A DNA stretch of 64,000 nt, taken from positions 1-64,000 of the forward strand of contig KZ538428.1 of NCBI GenBank assembly GCA_000934665.2, read 5' to 3'. The position numbers were made by a program, and so were the translations under genes. The first letter of the stretch is position 1. Each line of letters starts with the position of its first letter. The DNA is from Catajapyx aquilonaris (lineage: Eukaryota). This document shows positions 39,214-52,231 of this stretch, piece by piece. A model generated the notes under the pieces. The model made no database searches, was not told where the DNA came from, and saw only the letters and a program-made list of their open reading frames with translations.

Positions 39214-39781
39214 TGTTCTCTTGTTAGTTGGTGCTTTACCAAGTACAGTAATAGTGCAGCAGCAAGCCCAATGCAACATTAGTCTCTCTGCTTTTCCCTC
39301 CTTCTCTTCCCCCCATCTGCTCGCTGAGATATTTCTAGCACAGAAAGTGCACCAAAATAATATATTGAGTTTGACAATAATTACTGGCACAGCTGTATTA
39401 AAGTCATATCAATTTTCAGACCTGTCATGCTTCTTTCATTGATAGTCTCAAAAAGTGACTTACTGACATGCAAGTATTCAGCAATTCAATGTATTCAAAA
39501 TAGCAGTTTGATATGTAGCCTAAATCCATAGTTTCAAGATGTATTGATACATTGGTAGATAATTGATGCTTGCTGTTGGTTTGGCATCTACAATCTGCAG
39601 ACAGTAATCAAATTATGTGCAAATTAGGCACCATATCAAACAATTTAATTAATTAATTTATTTATTTATTTATTCATTTGTTACTAATTACTTTTTAGCA
39701 GTGAGGAACTGTAACTAATGACTTTAAATTCAGGTAGTAACACAATTTAGAAATAATTATACAGCATTATACATCATCTAC

Positions 39782-42379
39782 CTGAAAACTCTGTGGCTTG
39801 GTTCTCTGGCAACACTTGATGAATCCTTCCCACACTTTCTTCTGCTGCCAGACCTGCTTCAGGATCAGACGCTGAAGAATGTTCATTACAAATCCAATGA
39901 GGCGGGGATAGAGGGTCAGGGACTGAATCACAGTTCGCATCAGTAGTGTTGGGAGGGGACTCTGCTCCATCAATTGCTGCATTACTACTGCCAGTACCTC
40001 TTGAGTATAGATCTGGATCTCACCAAAGCAAAGGGATGTGGCCTTGATGACTGTCTTCACATCACATTTGGCTGGATCCACATTGTGCAAGGCTACCATA
40101 AGCTCTGCAGGTGTTAGAGGACTGGTGTGGTTGGCCACATCAACATGCGTGCCTAGCAAACGATTGAATACTTCCTTCACCACCACAGGATTTAGCTTTA
40201 TGAGCTTGGGCAAGGCAGCAATCACCTCCTTCTTAGTTAATCCATTCAGCACGGGGATAAGGAAACGAACATCTGACACTCTCTTGTGGTATAGATCACG
40301 CACACGTGCCACCAACTGAGAGCTTGGCGGAGTCTTATCAGTGAGAACATGTATGACACGGGTGACCAGAGTCTCTGCTCCTTTTGGGCAGTTCTCAACG
40401 AGGCGCAGCAGTTCTGGAGAATCCATTCCCATGCCTTTGACAGGTTTCTCCAATAAACGAAGGACAGTTCGTTTCACATCTGCATTAGTTTGCACATACA
40501 CCATGGCCAACTCGTGAATCATTTTTTCATTCTTAGGCAATAGGGCCAGGTAAAGGTACAAGCAAGCCCGCACCACATCCTCTGTCCACTGAAGGACAAC
40601 ATCTGGACGGCCTTTGTCAGGACCAAAAAGAATTTTGGGTGGATGAGGTAGGAGCAGAAACTTCAAATACATTATTGCGTATTCCTCAACAACTTGGCAC
40701 AGGTCACCACGGTCATATAGATATTTTATGGCATCAATGGCTCGAGTGCGCAGGTCTACTTCCTCATAGGCATTGTACTCCAAAAGTACATTTAAAAATA
40801 GCAGCTGCTTGGATGGACGCCTGATAACTAGTTCCTTTAGAAGGGAAATCCCAGTTGCTGCCTTTCCCTCTTCCTGACACACTTGTTTCAGCTGATCAAT
40901 AGCGTCCTCAGTCACTAGTGGTGCTTCCAAGTACAGTCGGAATAGCAAAGCATCCTTGTCCTTTGCTTCAGATCGCTCCAAAAATCCACAAACAAATCTA
41001 CATAGGACTTTATTGTAAGTATCTTCATCAACGTTTGTAGCTCGCAGCAAGTTGTATCCTTGAATAAACCCTTGCATGTGGCTGTACTCCTCATACAACC
41101 ATGCAAATGCCAAGTCACATCTTTGCCTCACATCTTGAAAAATAAATTCTGAGATAATCTGCCGCACTTCCTCATCCATTTGTACTGCCAGAGTGGCAAT
41201 AATTTTTCCGCGAGACTCAGAGGCACCACCAAGAACACAACTCCTCTCAGACTGTAGAATCCGTTCAATAGCTCCAAGCAGCAGACTCCTCCGATCCCTC
41301 GGTTCCAGTGGACGGGTGATCTCAGCTAGTTTCAGGACTCGCATTCTGTGCTTCTTATGAGCGACGCCAGTTGGCAACAATGATGCAGGAACAGGTTTAT
41401 GCTTCCTCTCACCATATGTATCACTTGAGAGTGTGCCTCCTATTAATGTGGCTATGGGACTTTTTGTGGCCACTGCAACAGACACAACTGTGCTATCATC
41501 ATCCTCGTAGTCAAAGTTGAATGGTTTTATATCATCTAGCCTCGCCTGCTCTGCCCCTGGTCCAAGTGAAGCAGCAGTGAGCTGTGTTGATAACAGTCTT
41601 GCCACATGCCTGATTTGACCTTCTGTGCCTGCAGCTGCAATAGGTGTATACACTGCACTGAAATGAGGTGGCATAGTGTCTGGAAGTTTCCCCATGGAAA
41701 TAAAAACCAGGTCAGCTGCCACTGCTGGTGTGAGATGTTCCAAGACATGACGTTCTGTGACATCTACAGCTTCAGAGCGCCTCTTCTTGACGGGTGGTTT
41801 ACTAACAATGCTAGAAGCATCATCATCATCATACTCTTCTTCTTCCTCATCTTCCTCCCCATCCTCTTCTTCATTAAGCCTCACTCGCTTAACCCCAGTT
41901 GTAACTGCATCTATCCTGGCATGTGTCCGCTTTCGCAACAGGTCAGTTCGTGGGAAGCAACGTGATACCTCCTGCTGTGTAGCACCCAGGTCTGTCAGGA
42001 GAGTGGCAATGTTGTTGCGATACTCACTTGTACTCGGATGCCTCAGTAACCCTAGCAATTTAAGTTTGAGGTGCTTCCGGACTGAGCTCACCTGTGACTT
42101 CCCTAGAGTTGGGGGAAGGTTGGCATGGAGCATTTCAAGTGCACCCACAGCTTTTGCCATTAATTGTGGTCGCATCTGTGCTGCAAGGGTCAAGGTGCTT
42201 ATGCAGGTCATTAAATTGGCACTGCTGATGTGTGGTGAGCCATGAAACTGGAGAAGTTTTTCAAACACTGCTCTTGCTTCTTCCTCCAGCTTGCGTGGCC
42301 TGGCCACTTTGAGGGTGAGAGGGACATCGTCCAAACAAAACTCCTGTTCTCTTGTGAAACTGTTCTGCTCTGTGTAGGT
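39782..42379 (-). CDS. SYMPK: Symplekin exon 2 (2598 nt)
   Basis: tttccttctag|ACC ... CAG|gtagat; symplekin motifs LHANLPPTLGKSQVSSVRKHLK, YTPIAAAGTEGQIRHVARL, ENCPKGAETLVTR, DLYHKRVSDVRFLIPVLNGLTKKEV, VWEGFIKCCQRTKPQSFQ. Confidence 0.98.
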
Positions 42380-42458
42380 CTAGAAGGAAAAACAGAGCAA
42401 GTTAAAATCACTGCTTAACACCTAATGTAACAAATCCACTTCCTCTGATACTATAGGG

Positions 42459-43430
42459 CAGCGGTTTTCAAACTGGGGTACGCGAACACAATTTTGGGGG
42501 TACGCGAAAGATTTCGTGCAATGGCGTCCGCTGTCCACATTTGTGGGGAATAAATGGGGAAAAAATTATGGGAAAAACAAACCTGGGATCATCTATAAGG
42601 ATATGGATCCGATATAAAGTGTAAAATATGTGGAAATATCGGGAGGAGAGATGGGACGGTTGGTTTGGTGGGGGCTGGGACTTCAAATGAGCAGCCTAAA
42701 TATTATTACTTCCATATATGGGGTCAATATGCAGGACCGTGGAACTGCAAATTAGATACAGAGTCTCCCTAACTGTGGAAAACAACTGCGCACTTATTCC
42801 CAGATATTAGCCAATGAAGGCCATCAAGGGGTAATTTTTAAAAAAATAAATAAATAAAAAAATAAATAATTCCCAGATATTAGTGATTAGTGCTCCAACT
42901 GGCGCAGCAGTATAGGAATAATATTATTTTCCCGAAATGGACACGTCAATGAATTGGATAAGGAACCAGTTTGATATTTTTTATTGCCAATTCCAAACAT
43001 GCCAGTGTACATGACCAAGGAGAAGATTGAAGCATATTTAAAGCAGGAATTTGGACATAAAAACCCTCGTCACCTTTTGGGCGGAAGGCATTGACGATTA
43101 TCCTGGCATGGTCCCAGGCTGTGCTTTGAAACACTTCATTCCATTATTTTACCGCAACCTATTTACTTGAAGCTGCTTTCATCGAAACAAAATACTGGAA
43201 TCAACTGATTGGGGGGAAAAAAACTACTTGAGTCTCAAATTGACGTCACTTGTCCCAAACATTGATCACTTGTGCGCAAGGAAGCAAGCAAGCAGACCCA
43301 TCACACTAACTGGTAATTAGTGCTCACAATATTACTACGTATTATAATATGGTAGGATGAGAATGGGGGTACAAACTGTCTTGGCAAATTTGAAAAGGGG
43401 TACGTGGCGAAAAAAGTTTGGGAAGCCCTG
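42459..43430. mobile_element. hAT-type non-autonomous element
   Basis: Perfect 8-bp TSD CTATAGGG; CAGCGGTTTTCAAACT ... AGTTTGGGAAGCCCTG; GGGGTACG subterminal repeats. Confidence 0.88.
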
Positions 43431-43523
43431 CTATAGGGTAAAGTGCTCAAATTTCAACACCCTAGCATTTTGCTTCTCATACTAGAAATGAATTCATGCA
43501 GTCACTTGGGAAATGGATTTTAA

Positions 43524-44457
43524 CCCTTTGACGCATACGTGCATCATATGATGACGAGAGCGTTTTTAAATCTGGCGGCAAAGTGTGCGCATTCAGGAGG
43601 CAAAGTTTGCGGGTCAAACTCCTTCTGCCATCTAGTGGATGGCGACTCAGCACCCATAAAGTCGGATTACTATATGGACGGTGTTATGCAATGAGGGTCG
43701 GTCAACCCACATGAGAACAGTTTTGAGAAAAGGGCCTGTGAAATTAATTCCGTGTTCTTTTCGGTCACTTATGGCAGAAGTACAGATTTCACAAGCATCA
43801 TTTTAACTGAAGGAAGTAGGATCCTTCAGGTATATGTTCCTATGCTTAGCTCAATTTTGACATTTTCATGGGTTGACAAATTATTGCACAACACCATCCA
43901 TGCACACCCTTTGTGAGTTAACATTTCAGTCATTTGTGGCAGAAGTATGCAGATTTTGCCAGCTAGATTTTAACTGAATGAAGTACTATCCTTTGGGGGT
44001 ATGTTCCTAGGTTAACTCAATTGTGACATTTTTGTGGGTTGATCCCTTATTGCATAACACCGTCCATATTTAGCTCGCGCCCTTGCAAGGTTAACAACCC
44101 CCCACCCTTGTGACAGTTAATGTAAAAATGCAGCGTAATTACAGGGTGTCCCATAAGTCTGGACCCTTAGGAATATTTCTCATAGTAGTGTTTTAGTATT
44201 ATGTAACCATAGTAACAATTTTAGAATTTCTAAAAATTTAAAATAATGTATTTACATTTCAAGTTACTTGGATTTAAAATTATTTTTTCTGGAACACCCT
44301 GTCGGTGAATTTTTTCGGAATTTTACCTTCAAAAGGACCACCACGAGTTAAAATGATAAATATTGGAGCATACTATATTTTTCATTAATATCACTCCTAC
44401 TACAAATTTTGGTTAAAAAGAGAAGAAAACCGCCCAAAAAACTCAGGTGTCAAAGGG
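43524..44457 (+). mobile_element. piggyBac-type element with nested inserts
   Basis: TTAA|CCCTTTGAC ... GTCAAAGGG|TTAA; internal inverted-repeat unit ~43672-44069 and a CAGGGTGT...ACACCCTG mini-element ~44141-44301. Confidence 0.83.
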
Positions 44458-45002
44458 TTAATACACTGAAAATTTACCTATGTGGCCAAGCAATGAAAGT
44501 TTTTTTAAATCCATGGTAAAAAGCACAAAATTTAAAAAGTGAACACTAGCTTTTCCAGTTTCAGAAAAAAGTGTTACTAATTTCATCACCTACTTTGAAA
44601 AGAAAAATGTAAAAAAAAACACACACACACATTCTTCATTGACTCGCCCTGGTATAACAAATTAGCCTACATTCAGTAAATTATAATCCATTCATGGGAA
44701 TGTATTAAAATTTAGCAATCCAGGTTTCAAATGTCAAAAAATGAGATGCATTCAGAGAGCACATCAATGTACGTACAGAAATGACATTCACTTGAGCATA
44801 TGACTGTGTGTTCCTGGGTTTACTCTATATTAAATATCGATTTACATGTATGGGAATACCTAGATCTGAACCAGAACCTGGCTTACAATGGGTTTCCATA
44901 TCCTAATGGTACCAGGTAGGCCTACCAGGTTGTGCTGGCTTCAGTTGCAATATTAAAATGTCAAGTGTCACAGCAGTGGTGGCAACACGACTTAGGGTCT
45001 TA

Positions 45003-45215
45003 AAGCCGGTACCGACGTAAGAGTTTTCTCTCATAAGAGGAGCCAACTGCGCATGCCCGGATACGAGGAAAGAGGAAAAGTTGAAAATTTTCAACTTTAA
45101 TCCCCTTTTAGAGGGACAAGAGGGGCCCTGAGGCGACAAAGAGTCCGTCTCGACGTACAAGATTTCTCGCGTAAGAGGACTCTTATGAGAGAAACTCTAA
45201 CGTGGATACCGGCTT
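45003..45215. mobile_element. PIF/Harbinger-type MITE
   Basis: TTA|AAGCCGGTACCGACGTAAGAGTTTTCTCTCATAAGAG ... CTCTTATGAGAGAAACTCTAACGTGGATACCGGCTT|TTA. Confidence 0.82.
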
Positions 45216-45282
45216 TTAGGTTATGTAAAAAGAACAAAAAATGAAGCTGCTTCTCAACAGTAGTTTAAAAATCCAGCCATAC

Positions 45283-45870
45283 CTGCACTAAAACTGTCAT
45301 CTCCATAAATCGCACTGCCATCGTTCTCATCCCATCATTGTCGCTATCGATGAGATCAAAAATGTGCCTCTTGATCCGTCCCATCATGGACCAGGTGGAC
45401 TGCATCACATCTGTCACCATCTTAGCCCGTGCCAGCCATGCCAGTGCAATCGGGTACAACTGGATCATACACTGCACCACTTTCTTCTGTACCATCACCG
45501 ACGGATCATTCATAAGCAACTGCAAGTTTGCCACTACCTTGGGCAGGATATCGTTGTCCTTTCGGCAGGCTTCCTGGATGAACCCCACCATAAAGGCACG
45601 CACGTCCGCACTGCTGTCATTTTGGAAAGCGAGGACCTCATCCAGAAAGTTGTCGAGGAGACTCGTGTCCTTGTCCAGCACAATGTCCTGTATCTTGGTC
45701 AGGGAGCCAATTTTGATGCTTTCTGACCTGGTCGTCCCAATCAGATTGATAAGCTCCACCACGCGGTCATGATGTGACACATGAGCCTCGTCTTCCCTGA
45801 GGTCCATGGTTGTGGTGGCGTGCTCCTGTAACGATCCGAATTTGTTCCTGTGGTCCATCAGCTCCATCAT
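45283..45870 (-). CDS. SYMPK: Symplekin exon 1 (N-terminal HEAT-like domain)
   Basis: KDTSLLDNFLDEVLAFQND..ADVRAFMVGFIQEACRKD, LIDSDNDGMRT; donor CAG|gtatgg, phase 0 to exon 2. The exact start Met is uncertain. Confidence 0.96.
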
Positions 45871-47070
45871 CGACGTAGCGCGCCAGCCTCAGGACAGTGA
45901 GGCCTACAGGTTGCAGCTGCCCAATGACCGCCGTAATTCCCAGTCGGATTAACCCGGCATAGATGGCGTTGCCAACCCTCCTTTCCGGTCAACGAGGTAT
46001 ACAGTGTAAATCAGGTGTATATCATGGCCTCGTGTAAATATATTTATAGGCCTACCCGGGCCTACCTCGTTTATTTATACGATTTATACCTCGTTGTTTC
46101 CGTAGAGGTCTCTACTTTCAGATACTCGTACCAAGCTCGTACTACGTCTTGTTCTTGTCCACGTTCTCGTTGTCGTCTTTGCATTTGGCCGGGCCTTGCT
46201 GCGTCTCAGGTGGGAAATATATTGCGTATGATCATCGCCGCTCCTGGCACTGCTGTTTGCACCATATCGTGTCCATAATTACGGCAACAAGACCGGCATG
46301 TGGCATCGAGCTTCTCTTCTGAACCCAGGAAATGAAGTCATCGCTGCTAATTCCCATGTGGATACAAAGTATAGAATATATATTTACCCGTGGATAGGGC
46401 TTTCTTATTGCGATGCATGGGGAACGAAAACCATATGTGCAGTTCTTAACTGGTTTTAGTTCCTGAGCACTGCGCTATCCTTATTAAACCGCTCCTCGCC
46501 ACCTTCGCGCCGTCCAGTAGTGTAACAGTGCCAATGATAGCTGCTGCATTCGCCATGAACATTTTCATGCTGTTTTTCTTCATATAACATAACTTACAGA
46601 GTTACGCGGAGTTACGTAAAAATTTACACACGCAAGGTTGCGGAATGATCCAGCAGCAGTAGATAAGTTTGGTACTTAATGTAATTTAAAATGTGACCAA
46701 AAAATTGCAATACTCTCATCTGTAGTTCATTATTGAACTCCTAATTTACCAACTCTGATGTAGATTTTTCAGATGTGTTTTACATTTACAAAGTGCCTTT
46801 GAATATGAATGAGAAGGTCATACTGTAAACACAATGATAAGTTATTATTGTTGTCTGAATGGAAAAAGCTGGTTATGAATATATAGTGATTATTATCTTG
46901 GATTCTACCAATATCATTCCTGACATATATATTATCATTTTGTTCTCTTGATATTGTTCATCACATTCAGATTGAAGTCAGTTAAATCCATATGAAGGTG
47001 ACTTAATATTTCAGGGCCCTATCTACTTACGTGATCCAGATCATTTTAGATTTTAGGATTTACAATATTA

Positions 47071-47328
47071 TTATTATTATAATAAATAGGCGCTCCATTA
47101 GGGGGTGAAATACCACCATTTTACCACTCAATGTTTCGTAACTTTTTTCTTCACACGTGGGTGGGGCCAAGGATAGGGAAGGAAGGAAGCAACCCTGGAA
47201 TTATCCTGGGGGAACCGTGGAAAACCACAGAAAACCATGGTCAGGGTCGCCGGCCCCGGGAATCAACCCCAGGACCTCTCGATTAGCAGTCGGACTCCTT
47301 AACCACTACACCAACCTGCTTTGGTGCA
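47071..47328 (-). mobile_element. SINE family C, tail type 2
   Basis: Family C head; (TAA)n tail; TSD ATTTACA(A/G)TATTA. Confidence 0.85.
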
Positions 47329-47496
47329 ATTTACAGTATTATAGTAACGTCATTTATAGTCTGTGCTAGCAGTGTCTCCTTTGGTATATTTTAGAGATTT
47401 GAAGATGAGGCCCCTTCTAATCTCTGACAAATCCATATTACAAAGAAAATGGGCTAAGGGTGGTAATGTACTGTACCGTATTCTTTTCAAGGTATA

Positions 47497-48054
47497 CGAG
47501 GGGCGTTTGATAAGTAGCCTACAGTAGTGAGCCTACCTGTGATGGAGTTGTCCCAGGCGAATGGCACTTTAACACTTCTCTACGTAGCCCTCCAGGAGTA
47601 TGATGTACTCCTCCCAAACAGTGGTCCAGATTTGCATCCATTCGCAAAAAAAAAGATTTGTCTTGGTCATCACACCATTCATGTACACTGTCCGCGATGG
47701 CATCATCACAGTTGAAATCTGTTCTTTCAGGTGTTGTTTGAATGTTATGAACGGGTGATAGTCAGATGGTGTCACCCACCAATTTGTCACAATCTGACAA
47801 TCAACTGTTCCCAACACTCAAACGACACCTGAAAGATGAGCATTTCAACTTCGGTTTCAACAGTGATGAGGCTGTCATGGACGGTGTCCGTGAATGGTGT
47901 GATGACCAAGACAAATCTTGTTTTTGAGAAGGGATGCAAAGCTGGACCACTGTTTGGGAGGAGTACATCATATTCCAGGAGGGCTACGTAGAGAAGTGTT
48001 AAAGTGCCATTCGATTGGGACAACTCCTTCACAGGTAGGCTCAAACGCCGCTCA
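47497..48054. mobile_element. Mariner fold-back of two inverted 3' ends
   Basis: TA|CGAGGGGCGTTTGA ... TCAAACGCCGCTCA|TA; arms carry transposase C-terminal residues (PSDYH, EGYVEKC*). Confidence 0.85.
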
Positions 48055-49278
48055 TATGCTCCACAACTTAATATTACAATATACTCTATAGCAAACAGTG
48101 ACAAATGTGATCGTAATGGCCAGAAGAAAATGGCCTATAATGCAAAACCTGACAAATGCAGGCAGAATGTTATTCATACTCTATGGGTGGAATTTTTGTC
48201 TCACTCTGCTAACTTGGGAATACCAATGTCAACACTGGTACTGGTACTGTTAAGTTAGTAACTACGAGGTAGGAGCCAAAAGTTTCTGGCCTGACTATGT
48301 TCCAGGGGTGACAGAAATAAAACAACTATAGTGTCAGGTAGTCCCAACCGTGAGCAGAGGGATGTATCAACAGTTCAAAAAGAATTGTCCCAGTCATCCT
48401 GATGTGTGTGCTGCCCGCTCGACACACACCATGTAACTTACATGGTGTGTGTCGAGCGGCCAGCCCACATGTCAGGATGACTGGGACAATTCTTTTTGAA
48501 CTAATGATACAAGTTTCACCCGGCAATGTCAGTCAGTCTCTTAGAAAAGTCAATGTTAGTCAGATGAGTTGCAATATGGTGAAAATCGAGTTCCTCACCA
48601 TGGAACGCCTTACTACCATATCTATTAAACAGTGCTTGGGTGGTGTGTATAATGAAACTTCCCCTTCATATTCCACCATAAAGTCTGAATGAGCTAAGCA
48701 GATTCGTATGGGTTAGAGCATCAAAGACGAGCGATGCGACGGTCGGCCGTGGAGGTGCTGACAGCCGAGACCGTCTCTCCCGTGGAGCAGTGGGTCTGAA
48801 AGCAGGCCCTTGAAGGTGAAGCAACTCTTAGCATGTTGGGGCTATGAGACACCACCTTTCCTGGCATTCTTTAGGAACACCTCACATGAAAAGGCCAGCG
48901 CAAGATGGGTGCCCTGACTTCTGTCCGAAATTCAGAAGCAAAAGTGTGTAGCTTGTGTCAAAACATTTTCAGACCTTCGCCATGGCAAACAGAAAGAATT
49001 ACTGGAGTCCATCGTCACAGGAGATGATACTACGGTCCTGCGCTATGGTCCTCCATCAAAAAGAGAATTCATGGATTGGCGTAGGGAGGACAGAAAGTGG
49101 CCGAGTGACCCTGTCGACCAAAAAGACCATGGTGGCGGTTTTTTAGAATTCCAATAGAATCTTAGTGATAGACTTCAAGGATTAAAACACGATTGTCTAC
49201 GGGGAGTCCTACTCTGGCCTGCTACACAGATTTCGTGATGCCATGAAGAATCAGAGATGTGGGAAACTGAGTTGTGGT

Positions 49279-49568
49279 ACCGAAGCAGGTTGGCATAGTG
49301 GATAAGGTGTCCGCCTGCTAATCAGGAGGTCCTGGGTTCGAATCCCAGGGCCGGCAACTCTGACCATGGTTTTCTGTGGTTTCCCATGGTCCTTCCAGGA
49401 AAATTCCGAAGTTGCTTCCGTAATTAATAGGCCACAGCCGCTTCCTTCCGTCCCTATCCTATCCCAAAGAGCGCAGTAAAATGAAAGCAAAGAGTTCCAG
49501 GCAAAACAAAAACTTCCCCCCTAAAGAGCCGACAGGCTGATAACCGGGTATGAATTTAATTTAATTTT
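49279..49568 (+). mobile_element. SINE family C, tail type 1
   Basis: B box GGTTCGAATCCC; 14-bp TSD AACTGAGTTGTGGT. Confidence 0.92.
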
Positions 49569-49873
49569 AACTGAGTTGTGGTGTTCACCAACTGCAGGAT
49601 AATGTACCCAGGTTACAGGACAATGTTTCCAAGCCTACCGTGAGGAACTGTGGCTTCGAGGAGCTTGATCACCCACCGTCCTGGCCCCTAGTGACTACTG
49701 CATGTTATCCAAACTCAATAAAGAACTTCAAGGTATGATTAAAAAGTGATGAAGAGTTGTAAGTATGAGCATTTTGTAGACAAAACTTTGGTCTATTTTT
49801 CCAGGGGTATTGAAGTGATAATTTTGAAATATCAGATGTGCATTGATGTACAAGGAGACTATATTGAAAAATG

Positions 49874-50201
49874 GGGGAGACGGAGTGGCACTGCGGTAAT
49901 GTATGCACCCACGGATGCAAGGGTCCGGGAATCGATCCCAAGCCCGAGCTTTCCCCCCTTCATCTTGTGCAGAGTTTAGGGGTCATCTCTGGCTTTGTCT
50001 CGGGTGGGATTTCCGACAGACTAACCACCCGGGGGAGTTCACAAAAATGACCAAAGCAACGTCACTGCACATTGCACATCCCCTCCTGACCATCCCCCCT
50101 CACTCATGGTACCCGGGCGTTACGAAGAAGGACCAAGCTTGTACACCTAAGCAAATACAGGTACCATGCCAGATGCCCAGAAAGGGTGGTGCACTAAACC
50201 C

Positions 50202-50269
<68 letters not shown>
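49874..50269 (+). mobile_element. SINE family B with (TTA)n tail
   Basis: Head GGGGAGACGGAGTGGC; 14-bp TSD TATATTGAAAAATG. Confidence 0.92.
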
Positions 50270-50274
<5 letters not shown>

Positions 50275-50352
50275 TGAAAAATGATACTGTTGTTTTATTT
50301 CCATCACCCCTGGAACATAGCCAGGCCAGAAACTTTCACCACCTACCTCGTA

Positions 50353-51290
50353 GCAGTGGGACGAAAATTTCACCCTGTTTCTAAAACCAACAAGTCCATC
50401 AAATGTTCCATAACCTGACAAATGCAATATGAACAGCTCATATGCTGGCATTTTCTTTCTTTTGTAATCAGACATATCCATCACTAAGCTTTCGCACATT
50501 GCCACTTGCCAGTACATGACTAGAAGAAAAGAAAAAAGCCCTGCACAGTTCCATTTCAAGATGTCAGTGTGCAAGCGAATAATTATCTTGTGGAGGGATG
50601 CAATAAGGGAAGTAAGTGTCTTCATGGTGTCTTGTTTGTGGGAAGCATATTTTTCAGTGACATATGGGGATGTCCTCTTGTCCCTGGTCAAGTCGGGGGA
50701 AATCATTTTAGAAAGTGGTCTCTGCACACCATCCCATTGGGGTACAGTACCTCCCACTGAAGCAAAATTGGCAGATATACTGGTATGCAACCTTCTCTCA
50801 AAGGAATTTGGAGTAAACGGGAAGGATCAAGCACAACATTGGAGTATTATATTCCCAGATGGCTGCAGGAAGTAGTTGGTTGGTTGAAGATGGTAATGAT
50901 AGGTGGAGGAGTGCCTCTGTGATGAGGATAATAAGGAATCATGCTGGAAAGTACTCGAGTATGCAAGGACACTTTGGTGGCCATCTGTTGTATGACCAAT
51001 ATACAGAAAATGAGTTTTGTGCTTCTAATAATGTATATTTGCCAGCATAAGACTTGTATTTGTTCAATAATTGCATTGCACAAGCTCGTGATTAGAAAAG
51101 ATGGCAACGAATAATGATGATCTCATATGACCGAATGCATATGTGGTGATGATGATCCCATAGGCTTTGTGTAAGGAAGTGTAAAATTATGGTCTGTAAT
51201 AGTGTAATGCAATGAGTCAGTGGTGCCATGATGTTCCTGAAAGGGCGCATAAAATAATATTCATCATATGCCCATATGAATATTATTTTA
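50353..51290 (-). mobile_element. Old LINE fragment (ORF1 end and start of the APE endonuclease)
   Basis: ILKWNCAGL...VAMCES...MPAYELF...GLVGFRNRVKFS resembles APE domains I-III; cut by the mariner at TA 50351. The upstream boundary is approximate. Confidence 0.6.
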
Positions 51291-51966
51291 CTAGTAGCAG
51301 ACCCGTTGCCAAATTTTGGAAACACTNCCCCCCCCCCCTGAAAGTAGTAGGCCTACATAGGCCCCTACTCGCCCCTAGACTGGCGCATAGACAGTCCCTC
51401 TGTACACTATATTGCCATACATGTAGGGAATGCCGAAGGTAATACTACATGTACTGCCCGTTGGTGATAACTGATGGGTAATCACACAGATAAAGCCCAC
51501 CAGCAGGGTGCTATAACCAGCACGTGTCTCGCCTCCATTGAAGTGGGTCTCACCTTCTCTGACTGACAAAATAATGATGCTCTCTAAATGTTAAATGCAG
51601 CAAGTGATGAACCATGGTTAATGTTGTATTACCTTTACCTCACATAAAGCGGCATGCTGGTGGTCAACCAGCATACCGGTATAACCCAGGGGTGGCCGGC
51701 ATCCCGCAATAACCGAGGTAGATTTCCAGAATTTTGATCCTTGTCAAACATTTTTGAATGCTTCTGGTACCATACTGAAATCAAGACTGAAATAATGTTA
51801 TGGTGAAAAAAGGGTAAGTGTACTGTACAGGGCTGTGAGAAAATGCACAAGTTCTTCTATTGCAGAGCATAGAGTGTGACCAATCCCATCGTCAGCCTGC
51901 TTTGAGAGGGGAACCCCCTACTCTATTACAAAGGATCAAGGCAAACTCCTTCCGTCCTATTAATTA

Positions 51967-52231
51967 CACCGAAGTAAGTTGGTGTGGTGGTTAAGGAGCC
52001 TGACTGCTAATTGGGAAGTTCTGGGTTCGAATCCCGGGGCGGGCAACTCTGACCATGGTTTTCCACGGTCCCCCCAGGATAATTCTGGGGTTGTGTCCGT
52101 ATAATAGGCCACAGCCACCTCCTTCCTTCCCTATCCTTGCTTGGCCCCATCCAATGGTAGTACTCCACCCCCCTAATGGAGCGCCGATTCTCCCAACCGG
52201 GTATAAATAATTTAAAAATAATAATAATTAA
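51967..52231 (+). mobile_element. SINE family C, tail type 2
   Basis: CACCGAAG head, GACTGCTAAT, B box GGTTCGAATCCC, AT-rich tail. Confidence 0.87.

Larger units (their letters stand above)
48265..50350 (+). mobile_element. Decayed full-length mariner transposon with two SINE inserts
   Basis: TA|CGAGGTAGG...CTGGCCTGACTATGTTCCAGGGGTGA and its reverse complement|TA; remnant motifs ARWVP (~48906), IVTGDD (~49011), LAPSDY (~49681), CIDVQGDYIEK (~49840-49872); many stops and frameshifts. Confidence 0.92.

Noticed and set aside
40038..45772. Long plus-strand ORFs over symplekin exons (likewise 59835-60533 over LINE ORF2)
   Set aside because: Antisense shadows of real coding sequence.
51288..51470. 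ACTAGTAGCAGACCCG end suggesting a Helitron/Helentron (also ~1866-2240)
   Set aside because: The other terminus and hairpin could not be defined; insufficient support.
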